Shown piece by piece: positions 9,130 to 20,710 of a stretch of DNA of 64,000 nt. Origin of the DNA: Pelagomonas calceolata (taxonomy: Eukaryota); NCBI GenBank assembly GCA_918797485.1, contig CAKKNE010000004.1, positions 5,022,001 through 5,086,000 on the forward strand, written 5' to 3'. Position 1 is the first letter of the stretch. Each line of letters begins with the position of its first letter. Below the pieces are notes generated by a model. It was not told the origin of the DNA. It did no database searches and saw nothing but the letters and a program-made list of their open reading frames with translations. The translations under genes and the position numbers were made by a program.

Positions 9130-12100
9130 ATGCACCTCCAGCACCCGAGGTCCATCGACTCCGTGCGCATCTACGCGCCGAGCCCGGCCAAGCGCTACGG
9201 CTTGATTGCCTTGGCGGCGGTCGCCTACGCCGCGTCTCTGACGGCGTGTTATCGCACCGCTGGCGTCCCGTACGCCAAAGCGTTGGAGGAGGGCAAGGCT
9301 CTGGACGACAAGGACCACGCGCGGCTGGCGCAGAAGGCGGCCCAGCACTCCGCGAAGCTCCAGCGGCAAAAGGCCCAGAAGTTGGTCGAGCAGCTCGTCG
9401 ACCAGCAGGTCGACGACGCGGAGAACAAGACGAAGGCGAACTCGGAGCGCAAGAAGGCCGAGGAGGCGCTCGCGCGCGCGGCGAAACTGGCGGAGCACAC
9501 GATGGCCTCGATCAAGCGCGGCGAGAACAAGACGGACGAGGAGCTCGCGATCGAGGTGTTCGGGGAGGACTACGCGCGCGGCGGCGCCCCCAAGCCTCCA
9601 AACGCCGCGGCGCCGTCGCCGACCCGCCGCGCGCGCAGGTCCCGGAGCCGGAGAAGGAGGACGACCGCTCGCTGCCGTCGAAGCGCCTGCCGTCGGCGGC
9701 CGCGTGCCTGTTCTTATTCTTGGTGTTGACCTTCCACGCCCTGTACCACCTCATGTGCCGCTGGGTCGTGCCCTTCAAGGCGGCGACGCGGTTTCGGGAG
9801 ACGGACCAGATGAGCAACCGGGCCTACGCGCTCATCCTCCCCAAGAAGCACAAGGGGCGGCCCGCCCTCTGCCCGGTGCGGAGCGCGCGCGTGGGCGCGG
9901 GCCTCGTCGTGGACTACCAGCGCCAGCTCTACGAGTACTGGGGCCCCGAGGCGGACGAGGAGGAGGCGGCGGCCTCCGACACGGACGACGGGAGCGTCGA
10001 GGAGATAGTCGTGGACGACGACGACGACGTGCAGGGCGAGGGGCGGGAGAACGGCTCGCTCCGCAGGGTCGCGCCGCCGCTCGCGCTCGACGTGGCGCAC
10101 TACGCGCGGGCCGCGGGCCTGGACGCGCGGGCCGCGGAGGCCGCGCGGGAGCGCTACGGCAAGAACGTCGTGGAGGTGCGCGTGCCGGGCTTCCTGGAGC
10201 TCTACCGCGAGCAGCTCCTGTCGCCGATCGCCATGTTCCAGGTCTTCACGTCCCTGCTGTGGCTGCTGGACGCCTACTGGCAGTACGTGGGCTTCACCCT
10301 GTTTTCGATCGTGACGATGGAGGCGGGGACGGCGCGCCGGCCGCGTCGGACGCCTCGCGGGGGGCCTTCCGCGCGCCGCTCCGGCCGCCGCGTCGACGCG
10401 CGGCGCCACCGCCCGCCCGCGCGCAGGTCATGCAGCGCCGCAAGACGCTCCAGTCGCTGTCGGGCATGTCCGCGCGCGCGGCCCCCGTGCTCTGCCTCCG
10501 CGACGGGCAGTGGCAGGACGTCTCGAGCGACGAGCTGCTCCCGGGCGACCTCATCTCGATCGCGCGGCGGCGCCCGCCGCCGCTCCCCGCCGAGTCGCCG
10601 CCGCCGTCGCCCCAGAGCGCGGAGGAGGCGCGGAAGCGGGCGGACGCGCGGCGGGAGTTCGAGAAGAAGCGCAACGCCCACTTCCGCGCGCAGCCGTCGA
10701 TCATCCCCTGCGACTGCGTGCTCGTCCAGGGCTCCGCGGTGACGAACGAGGCGACGCTCACCGGCGAGTCGACGCCGCAGATGAAGGACGCCCTGGACGC
10801 GGCGGAGGACCGCGCGCTGGCCTTCGAGGGGGCCGACCGCGTCGCGACGCTGTTTTCGGGCACGGACCTCGTGAACTCGACGCCGGGCGACGGGCCGCAC
10901 GCCCCGCCGGACGGGGGCGCGGTCGCCTACGTCCTGCGGACGGGCTTTAGCTCCGCCCAGGGCGAGCTCATGCAGATGATCGAGTTCTCGCAGCAGGGCG
11001 TCTCGAGCGACACCTTCGAGACGCTCCTGGCGCTGGGCATCCTCCTGCTCTTCGCGCTCGCGTCGGCGGCCTACGTCTTCCGGGAGGGCCTGCGCAAGGG
11101 CGACCGCACGACGCACGAGCTGCTGCTGCGGTGCGTCATCATCGTCACGTCGGTCGTGCCGCGCCAGCTCCCCATGCAGATGGCGCTCGCCGTGAACACG
11201 GCGCTCATGGCGCTGATGAAGCGCGGGATCATGGCCGTCGAGCCGTACCGCGTGCCGTTCGCCGGGCGGCTGGAGCACTGCCTCTTCGACAAGACGGGGA
11301 CGCTCACGACGGACCGGCTCGTGCCGGCCGGCGTCGTCGGGCCCGCGGGCGGCGCCCTGCGGCCCTTCGCCGAGGCGCCCCCCGAGGCCGCCGTCGTCGT
11401 CGCGGCCTGCCACGCGCTCGTCGGCGCCGACGACGACGACACGCTCGTGGGCGACCCCATCGAGCTGACGGCGGTGCGCGCGCTGGGCTGGACCTACGAC
11501 CCGAAGGCGGAGACCGCGCGGGGCCCGCGGACGGCGGCGCGCATCCGGCGGCGCTTCCACTTCTCGTCGGCGCTCCAGCGCATGTCGGTGGTCGCCGACG
11601 TCGACGGCGTCGCGACGGCGCTGGTCAAGGGCTCGCCGGAGGCCGTCGGGGCGCTCCTCCGGCAGGCGCCCGCGTGGTTCGAGCCCGCGTACGTCGGCCT
11701 CGCCGAGCGGGGGCTGCGCGTCCTGGCGCTGGCGTCGCGGCGCTGCGACGGCGACGTCGAGCGGCGGGACGACGTGGAGCGGGACCTGGAGCTGTGCGGC
11801 CTGGCGGCCTTCGAGTGCAAGACGCGCGCGGACTCGCGGGTCGTGGTGACGGCGCTCGCGCAGTCCGCGCACCGCGTGGCCATGGTGACGGGCGACGCGC
11901 CCCTGACGGCGCTGCACGTCGCGCGCGAGTGCAACATCGCCGACGGTCGCCCCGCCCTGGTGCTGGAGGCCTGCGGCGGCGGCGCGCGGTGGGCGAGCCG
12001 GGGCCGCGCGCCCGTCGCGTTCGCGGCGGCGGACGTCGCGGCGCTCGCCGCGCGCGGCCCCCTGGTGGTCACGGAGAAGGCCCTCCGCGCGGCCGCGGCC

Positions 12101-13160
12101 GCGGCGGACGACGAGGAGGCGGTGTGGCGGGCCGTCGCGGGCGGCGTGCACGTCTTCGCGCGCATGTCGCCCCAGGGCAAGGCCCGGATCTGCCGGTCGC
12201 TGCAGGCGCTGCACGACGCGCCCTCCGTCCTCATGTGCGGCGACGGCGGCAACGACGTGGGCGCCCTGAAGCAGGCCGACGTCGGCCTGGCGCTCCTCGC
12301 CGGGTACGGCGACGCGAACACCACCGGCCAGGGCGGGTACGCGGACGCCGGGGCCAAGCTCGCCGCGGCCAAGGGCGACTCGAGCGCGGAGGCGGTCCTG
12401 AACGCCCAGAAGGAGGCGCTCGAGGACGCGCACCGCGACGCCGGGCAGCGGCGCAAGGCCGGCATCGACGCCGCCCAGAAGGACATGGCCGCGAAGCAGA
12501 AGGAGTGGCTCGAGGAGGAGATCCGGCGGCGCGAGCAGCGGGGCGAGACGGGCTTCCTGGCCCAGGCCGGCGCCATCAAGGACGTCGCGCTGCGGATGAA
12601 GCGCGAGATGGAGGTCGAGGTGCGGAAGATCGACCGGGGCCTGGGCAACGTCTACGACGAGCAGCTCGGCGGCGAGGCGCCGAAGGATCCGATGGCGGCC
12701 GCCCAGAAGTTGCTGGGGGGCCTGGACGACCCGAACGGCCCGCAGATGATCCGGCCGGGCGACGCGTCCGTCGCGGCGCCGTTCACGTCGCGGGCGCCGT
12801 CGATCCGGGCCGTGGTGGACCTGATCCGGCAGGGGCGATGCACCCTGCTGTCGTCCCTGCAGCAGCAGCAGATCATGGTCCTGGAGAGCGTGATCTCGGC
12901 CTACACGCTGGCGGCGCTGTCGCTCGAGGGCGCGCGGTCGTCGGAACGGCAGATGATGGCGTCGGGCTGGCGCGCGGGCCGCGTCCCGCGCGACGCCGAC
13001 CCCCGCGTCTCCCCCGCGCACACGGCGCGGTCCGCGCGCAGGTTGCTCGTCGTCGCGTCGCTCGCCTTCTCGTACGCGACGCCCCTCGAGTCGATGCACC
13101 CGATCCGGCCGCTCGGGTCCCTGTTCCACCCGTCGATCTGCGCCGGCCCGCGCGGAAATC

Positions 13161-13195
<35 letters not shown>

Positions 13196-14000
13196 CCCGC
13201 GCGGCGGGACGGGCGCCTCGAGGTTCGAGCGCCGCGCAGGCGCCAGCGTGGCGGGCCAGGGCGCCATCCACGTCTACTGCATGCGGCGGGCCGTCAAGAT
13301 GGCGACCGCGCGCATGGGCGACTCGGCCCTGCGGGCCGTGGTGCGGTTCCAGCGCAAGGCGCGGGCCGGCGAGCTCGCCGACGACACCGGCGACGAGGAC
13401 GACCCCTTCGCGTTCGTCACGTCGATGTGGGCCACGCCGTTCCTGCCGAACCTGCTGAACACCGCCGTATTTCTGGTGGAGACCTCGCAGATGGTCGCCG
13501 TCCTCTTCGTGAACTACAAGGGCCGGCCCTGGATGAAGGGGCTGTCGGAGAACCACGCGCTCTTCCTCTCGCTCTTCGTGAGCATCGGCGGCATCTGCCT
13601 CTGCGCCTGGAACGTGCTGCCGGAGGTCAACGCCGCCATCCACCTCTCGCCGTTCCCCGACGACCAGTTCAGGTTCGAGATCGTGGGCCTGGTGCTCGCC
13701 TCGTTGTTTGGGACGTTGCTGTGGGACCGGTTCTGCACGCTCGTCTTCGCGCCGCGGATCTTTCGGGCGCAGTTGGAGGAGTTCAAGAAGATCACGCTGG
13801 CGGACCTGGAGCCGATCCTCGTCACGCTCCTCAAGGTGCTGGGCGTCATGTTCGTGCTGTCGACGGGCAACCTGCTCTTCTACGGGGCGGCCTTTTACTT
13901 GTATAGACAGCACAAGAAGCGCGCCGCGCACGAAGAGAAGCTGGCGAAGCAGAAGATCATCAAGGGGGAGGCGGCGCCGCCGATCGAGGCGGCGGACTAG
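9130..14000 (+). CDS. P5A-type ATPase (ATP13A1/Spf1-like); predicted introns ~9586-9638, 10332-10426, 12970-13041, 13140-13239
   Basis: LTGES, DKTGTLT, KGSPE, MVTGD, GDGGNDVGALKQA, GDASVAAPFTS, IRQGRCTL, NYKGRPWM. Confidence 0.92.
13148..13239 (+). mobile_element. Degenerate introner containing a (GA)15 microsatellite
   Basis: TSD GCGCCGGC/GCGCCAGC, left end CCGCGCGGAAATCC; removal restores frame SIC|ASVAGQ. Confidence 0.75.
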
Positions 14001-14078
14001 AGCTAGTAAGTTATCCATATGCGTCATATATATGCGTTGTCGGCGCGCCGTGTGTTGGGGGATGAACGAACGTCAAAC

Positions 14079-14263
14079 TCATATCTGCATCTGCCGCTCG
14101 CGCACCGCGGCGACGCCGTCGCGGAAGCCCCGATCTAAGGCCTCGGTCTCGCCCTGGAGGTCGACGATCGCGGCCTTCAGAACGTCGACGGGCGCCGCGG
14201 TCTGTCCGGTCGTCTGGACCTTGATGAGCATCCGATGCTCCAGCGGGTGCGGGAGCTGGTAAC
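14079..14263 (-). CDS. RPB11: RNA polymerase II subunit RPB11, 3' exon only (5' exon absent)
   Basis: GYQLPHPLEHRMLIKVQTT resembles RPB11 GYKVPHPLEHKIIIRVQTT. Confidence 0.85.
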
Positions 14264-14403
14264 CTGTGTGGAAATCAAATTTTACGGCGCTTTCGTGCTG
14301 AATCATCGCGTCGTCCTCCACGCCATCGATGCGACGCCTGCTCGATGGCGTGGCGATGCCGGTTCCTCGCCGCTCGACCGAGCCATGACGGCCGCGTCAT
14401 AGC
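14264..14403 (-). mobile_element. Truncated introner (one TIR, no second TIR or TSD)
   Basis: Colinear with the reverse complement of 7294-7484 until ~14403, then unrelated sequence. Confidence 0.9.
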
Positions 14404-14577
14404 GACGCCGTGACGCGCGTCATCGACCTGCTCTACGGCGAGACGGCGACGGGCTCGGCCGCGGACGTGCTCGCGGAGCGGCACCTGCCCGTCGCGGCGC
14501 GCCGGTTCCCGCGGGCCTACCCGCTCGAGCCGGGGCTGTGGCGGAACCTGCTGGACGACGACCGCGCTTTCGCGTGA
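14401..14577 (+). pseudogene. Orphan 3' fragment of an unknown gene
   Basis: Open frame SDAVTRVIDLLYG...DDDRAFA* with coding-like codons and no start. Confidence 0.5.
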
Positions 14578-14601
14578 CGCGCCCGTTGTGTTTAACTTAT
14601 T

Positions 14602-15232
14602 TTATCTGACACGCCGTTGGTCGCGTCGACGACGCGGCGGCCGGACGCCCTTCGACGGCGTCGCGGGCGGTAGCGGTACGCGCGCCAACAACCCGTTTCC
14701 GTCGCCGCGGGGGAACGCGTGGCGCAGGAACGGCGGGAGCGTCTCGGCGGGCGGCAGGCGGGCCTGGACCACTCCGTCGCCGCCCGACTTTGAGACCCGA
14801 ATGTGCGCGCAGCCCCCCGGCTTGCACATCCCGTGGCTTCGCTCGTCGCCGACGAGGTGGCCGCGCGCCTGGCCTGCGTGTCCCGAGGTTGATTGCGCGC
14901 CTCACGACGCGGCGACTTCTACACAGCGCGTGACAGATCGGCCCGCGGATGCGCTTGTGGGGAACGCCGCGCCGGTAGGGTGCAGGATCGGGGCATACTA
15001 ATCCGACGCAGGTCGCGAGAACCGCGCAGGCGCCCAGCGCGTCCTTCGCGTGCATCGTGCATTGGTCACCGAACGGCGGCGGGTCGATGCAATATCGGGG
15101 GTCGTGTGGTATGTGCGCGCGGGACGACGAGATCGCGTCGGGCGACATCGTGACGTGGACGTCGAGGACCCGCGGCGCCTCGTCGCGCGCGGCGGTGGCG
15201 CCCAACAGAAGCAGAGTACATCCGCGCGACAT
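14602..15232 (-). CDS. Hypothetical Cys-rich secreted protein; degenerate introner intron 14874-14934
   Basis: MSRGCTLLLLG start; TSD GTCACGCG/GCCAGGCG; splice gives GPIC|QARGHLVGDERSHGMCKPGGC. Confidence 0.55.
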
Positions 15233-15792
15233 GCGCCGTCTGCTGCCCACTGAAGCAAGGGCGTCGTTTGCTTGCAAGCAGCTGTAAAACAAAGCTAGAC
15301 GCTTATGATCTAGGCTGCCCGAGCACATACTCCCCCTCCTTCTTCCCGCGGGCACCTAGCGTTTAAAGATACTAGCTGCGCCAGACCCCTGTCTACCTAC
15401 TACTCACCCTAGGCCTGCCCAATTTTTGGGGCGGGCTGACAGGTGACGCCCCGGTCCGAGCTTCGAACTCGGTGCGGGGCCCATTGGGATTTTCTCATAT
15501 TCTCTTTCTCGTCTTCAGGAGAGAAAGCGACTCCTCCGCTCCGAGCATAGTGGCTGCAAGTTCCTCGGAGCCGCTAGTCAATTCCAGATACGCGTCGGTA
15601 GGGAAAAACGGGCTCCCAGATTCACAATTCATCATAGTCGTTCGCCACGACCAAATAGTTCAGAGTGAGTAGTAGCGGCCCGGGAACATACCCTCGCGGA
15701 GCCCTCCCGGAGCTTAATTCCCGCTCTGGCGCCGCCGCCACGGGAATGAATAGCACCCTTATTAAGCGCTCCGGGGGGGGCGTCGTCGCCTA

Positions 15793-16418
15793 CTACTGCG
15801 CGCGCGCGATGACCTCGGCCGCCGGCGCTTCGATGAGCTCGACGACGTCGACGGCGAACGGCGCCCCGGCTCCCTCTTCCGGCTCTTTCGCGGGACAATT
15901 GCACGAGCAAGGGAATATGCAACCGAGACAGTAGCAGTCGCAACACTTGAACTTGCACACGCAGCGCCACGGTTGGAACTGGCACGCGCCCTCGTCCTCG
16001 AAAAACATGTAGTCTAGCAACAACAACGCGCCGATCATGAGCGCCTGCGCGGGACCCGTCGGGCGACGGCGCGCGAGTACCGCGAAGTCCTTCTGACGCG
16101 GAAGGACACCTTGTACTCGACGTTCAGCTTCTTGGGGAACGATATGCTGTGCGTACAATGGCGCGCCGCGACAATTGATTTATGCGCTACCCTCACCTTA
16201 TACTTGTTTGCGCCCTCGTAGCCGATAGAGACCGTGTTGAGCGCCGCCTCGAGCATCTCCTTCTGTTGCTGCACCTGTACTTAAGTTGCGTCGGCGAAAG
16301 TTGCGTACGCGGAGAAACGCACCTGGAACGCGGCCAAATGTTTGAGGGGTTCGAGGCCATCGAGTGGAACCGCCACGAGCGTCGCTGCGTCGTAATTGGG
16401 GGGATCGTCCTGCCCCAT
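15793..16418 (-). pseudogene. Phospholipid scramblase-like gene lacking its central core
   Basis: N-part GLEPL..|VQQQKEMLE..GYEGANKYK and C-part ISFPKKLNVEYK|ALMIGALLLLDYMFFE are only ~50 bp apart. Confidence 0.7.
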
Positions 16419-16820
16419 GATGGCGATGAAGACGTTAATTTACCGCGGGGGCGGCTTGTACAGGGCCTACAGGCTTGTACCAGGCGGGCGGCTTAATTCG
16501 CGCGGTTCGTACGAGGCGCACGAGTTAGTCTAGCGTTCGTGACCGCTTAAGTACTCTTTCGTACGAGGCGGTCTAGACAGGCTCAGGCTTATAGCTATAG
16601 TCGACCCGCCTAGGCATCCCTAGTGTCTTACAGACCGCTAGCAATCCACGCTTTGCTCCCATGATAAATACTTAACCCCCCTTGTTGCTCCAGCTGAGGG
16701 CACTTGAGAGGGCAGCGAAGCGCGCGTTCGATATATTGCTGCGCGCGCGAGTGCAGGATCTTGCAATTTGTATCCAGTAGGTGCTGCCATATAATATTAT
16801 ATAGGTGGCCTGCATCAAAA

Positions 16821-19800
16821 ATGTTGCACGAAGTCATCACAGTAACCATACAAGAAAACCAGCGCAAAGTGCCGATGCGAGGCTACAGCGCGGGTCATCT
16901 CCTCGCGCTCTCGGACCCGCCGGCGTACAAAGGTCCGGACGGATCGCGAGGAAAAGTGCCGGACGCCGCGGCGCCGCTGGCCGACGGCGAGCGCTGGGTC
17001 GACGACGGCTGGCGCGTTTCGATCGGCGACGAGACGGACGCGGACGGCTGGCGCTACGCGCGGACCTTCGGCGCCACGGGTCACGCGACGCGCGGCCTCA
17101 CCGACGTCTGTCGCTTTCGCACGTGGACGCGCGCGAAGAAGCGACTCGTGGCGCTCGACACGGGCCTGCCGACCGCCGAGGCCCCGCCGGCGCCGCCGGC
17201 CGCCTCGCCGCCGCCGCCGGAGATCCCGCCAGAAAAGGCCTTCGCGCGGGCCATGGCCATGGCGCCGGCGGACCGCCACGCCCGGGTCGTGGCGCTGGCG
17301 ATGCAGATCTCCGTCGCCGACGCCGCCGCGGACGCGAAGGAGCGCGCGACCAGGGCACGGTCCGCCGAGGCGAAAGCGGCTCTGGAGGCCGAGGCCGAGG
17401 CGTGCCGGCGCGAGGCCGCGACTGCCCTGGAGTTCGCGCAGAAGCTCGAGGGCGCCGCGCGCACCCTCAAGCTCGCCGCGGCGGCCGCGGCGACGGCGCG
17501 GGAGGCGACGGCGCGGAAGCGGCTCGCGCTCCCGGACTACGATCCGGCGAACGTCCTGCGCGGCGAAGACGGGCTGTGCGTCGGCGTGAAGGACGCGACG
17601 CTCGAGCGCTGCGCGGGGCGGCTGGTTGTCAGCGCCGAGCCGACGGAGGCCGGTGCGCGCGCGACGCTCGAGGCGCTCGGCGACGACGACGACGGCGCCA
17701 CGGTGGAGGTCGTTGTCGAGGGACTCGTGGTCGTCAGCGGCAAGGGGTCGCGCATCCCGACGGTGCGCGTCCGGCGCGTCAATCTGCGGGCGCGGGCCAC
17801 CTGGAGCGCCGCCGTCGCCTGCATCAGTGTGGAAATCAACCAGTGCGTCGGAAGCACCCGACAATTCTTCACTAAGTCATGCACCGCGCCGTAAAAATTT
17901 TGATTTCCGCGCACAGGCCTGCGTCGAGGGCCAGTGGACCATAGAGGCCTTCAAGGCGTCGATCAGGCGCTGGTCGGCGCCAGGGACGTTGTCGCGGACC
18001 GCGGCGCGCGCGGTCCTCAAGCTCATGCTACCGACGCTGCGGGACGCCCTGCGCCGCTCGTTGCCTCCGGAGCTCGGGGAGTTCTTCGCGAGCCTACGGG
18101 GGCCCTTTCGGGCGGAGGGCTCGTTCGACGTCCGGGCGGCGCCGCCTACGGCTGTCGCGTCCGCGCCGCTCGACGGCGCCTCGTCAGAGGCCGAGGCCGC
18201 GCGAAGGCTCGTCGGCTGGACGCGCGCGCAGGCTTCCGCCTTCGCGGAAGGTCGAAATGTTATCTTCGGCGGCGGCCGCAAGAAGAAGGAGCTCCCTCCG
18301 ATGGCCTCGCTCGCTGACGTGGGCGCGTATCTCCGGCGCCACGAGCCGCCGCCCGCGCCGCCGGCAGCCGCGTCGCGGTTGCCGCGGGAGCGCTCCAGTG
18401 CAAACGGAGGACGGCCCGTCGGCGCCCTCTGGACCGAGGCCGCCGCTTTGCTATCCGCGGCGGCTCCCGCGGGCCAACGCTGGAGCTGGACGGACGTCGC
18501 CGGCGCCGCGACGCGCTTGCGGCGGCGCCCGTGCGAAATGAGGCTGCGCCTGCCGACCATCGCCGGGGCGGTGCCATTGAGACTGGCGCATCGCCTCTTT
18601 TGGGACTATCAAGCGCGCGTGGTTGCGGCCGAGGACGTCTCGGGCGTCGCGGCGCAAAACGTGGCACTTCTGCGAGAGCGCGGCGCGTCGAGCCTCACGC
18701 TGCTCGCCGAGAAAATTAGATGTGCCCAAGGCGTCGTCTCGTTGGTCGTCGATGACCGCAGCACTCGTGCGGAAATCGATTGTTCTTCGCCACTAGATTC
18801 TCGGCGACGACGCGACTGGGACTCTGGTCATTTCCGCACAGGTGGCGACTCGGCCCTGAGGATTAGCTCGGCCACCGTCGAGAGCCCGGCGCCCCAACCT
18901 TTCGATGCGCGAAGCATCATCGTCCGTCCCGAGGGCGACGTGCCGTACGAGGTCCGGGCGCGTCCCTACTCCGAGACGAGCGCCGCGTGTGATGCCGCCG
19001 TCGCGTTCGACGACGCGCCGCGTGTGCTGACGCCGACGCAATTCGATGACGACGACGACGAGGAGGATGAGGAGGAGGAGGACAGCCGCGACGGCGCCGC
19101 GACGCCGCCGCCGCCGCCGTCCGCGCCGGTTGAGAGCGTTACAGTCGTCGACGACGACGCCGGCGGAGACACTGCGCCGGAAGACGACGGCGCGGGGGCG
19201 CCGGACGGCGTGGCCGTCGAGATTTGCCGCGAAGGCGACGAGGCGTGGCTCTCTGCCGCGGTGCGCAAGGCCACGATGTCCTTCAAGGCGACCGGACCGC
19301 CAGTCAACGGCAGTGTACACATCACATTTCTCGGACCCGACTCACTGTGGTTGATTTGCGCACAGGTCACCGGCACGGCGGCCGTAGGCCGGATAGGGGT
19401 GGGCGGCCTCTCCGTCGAGATCAACCAAGGACTGAGCGTCGTCCTCGAGATCGCGGACGCCGCGATCCGCGGCCGCACCGTCGCGATCCTACGGGAGCTC
19501 GCCGACGTGTTCGCGGCGCCCGACGCGCTCCGTAGCTGGTGGCCCGGCCCCGTCGACACCGCCTCGTGTGATGAAGCGGTCCAAGTCCTCGACCTGCTGC
19601 GGCGCAACGGCCGCGGCGAGGGGAAGTGGCTCCGCTTCGCCGTAGACGTCGCCGGGACGCTTCGAAAGGACGGCGACGACCTGATCCTGGCCGGCACCGC
19701 CACGCAAGGCGTGCGCGTCGACGCGGCGGGGAACGCGCGAGACGTGCTACTGGACGCCTCCATCCTCGGCGACGCGATCCGGCGCCGACGGCTCCTCGAG

Positions 19801-19824
19801 GCGGCCGCGGCGGCGAGCAAATAG
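16821..19824 (+). CDS. DysF/peroxin-domain protein; introns 17817-17916, ~18758-18841, 19303-19365
   Basis: TIQENQR...WVDDGWRV..TDADGWRYA..F..CRFRTWTR is DysF-like; splicing joins two ORFs at WSAAV|ACVEG. Confidence 0.7.
17825..17916 (+). mobile_element. Internally deleted introner (92 bp)
   Basis: TSD GCCTGCAT/GCCTGCGT; CAGTGTGGAAATCA...TGATTTCCGCGCACAG. Confidence 0.9.
19311..19365 (+). mobile_element. Miniature introner remnant (55 bp)
   Basis: TSD GTCAACGG/GTCACCGG; right end GGTTGATTTGCGCACAG. Confidence 0.8.
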
Positions 19825-19881
19825 TGTGGTGTGAAGTAAGTGTGCTGTATTTATTTACTGTATTTAGTTAAACGCGCGACC

Positions 19882-20205
19882 TCACCTCTTCTTGCGCCCC
19901 TTGCGCTTGCCCTCTCGTCGCTCCGCCGCGGCGGCGTCGGCCTCGGTGGCCTCGCGCGTCAGCGTTTCGACGTCGCTGCCGGCCATGGCGCTCATCAGCC
20001 AGAGCTGGAGCGCCTCGAGCCGCCGAATGTCCGACGCCTGCGTCGTCCGGTACAACAGCCACAGTTCGTCGTTCGTCGCTCGCAAAGCGAGCGAGCCGTC
20101 GGCGTGCCGGTACTTCATCACGAAGCGCACGCGCGCCGGGTCCAGTTCGTACAGCTCCTTGACGCGCTCGACGAACTCGTCGACGTCGGCGCACCGCTGC
20201 GCCAT
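19882..20205 (-). CDS. SRP9: Signal recognition particle 9 kDa protein
   Basis: EFVERVKELYELDPARVRFVMKYRHADGSLALRATND..LLYRT. Confidence 0.88.
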   Translation of the reverse strand: MAQRCADVDEFVERVKELYELDPARVRFVMKYRHADGSLALRATNDELWLLYRTTQASDIRRLEALQLWLMSAMAGSDVETLTREATEADAAAAERREGKRKGRKKR

Positions 20206-20710
20206 TGCAGCACTCCTCCAGGGATGGCAGTAGAGGAGAGCTGCAGCGCTGTCGCTGCAGCGGCTCTCAGAGCTATGGTAACTCGCGGGCGCAACACGGG
20301 CGTCAGGTTGAAAGGCAGACGAGCCTGCAGAGTAGTAGCGCGAGCGGCGATGCGGCTGCTGCTTTTTGCTTGCTAGTGTCTTACAGCCGCTAGCCATGAG
20401 GAGACCTGATCAATATGAATCAAACTTTCTAATTGAAAGATGAATCATCAACAAACAAGGCGCTGACTTACGCAACCCGCACACCGCTGAGGGGCCGAGG
20501 CCCACACATTGGCATCTGCGCAGGCCGAGCGCCGCCCGTTGGCAAAGTCTGCCTCTTTTTAAAGGCCATAATCACGAGTAAACTCACACAAATGAAAATT
20601 GCAAACCCGATGCATCTCTATGCGTAAAGAGGGCAGGGAGAGGCAGCCGTCGCCTAGATCCTCCCCGCGCGCGGCCGCGACGCAATAGCTGACCGCGGCG
20701 TGTTGTTGCG

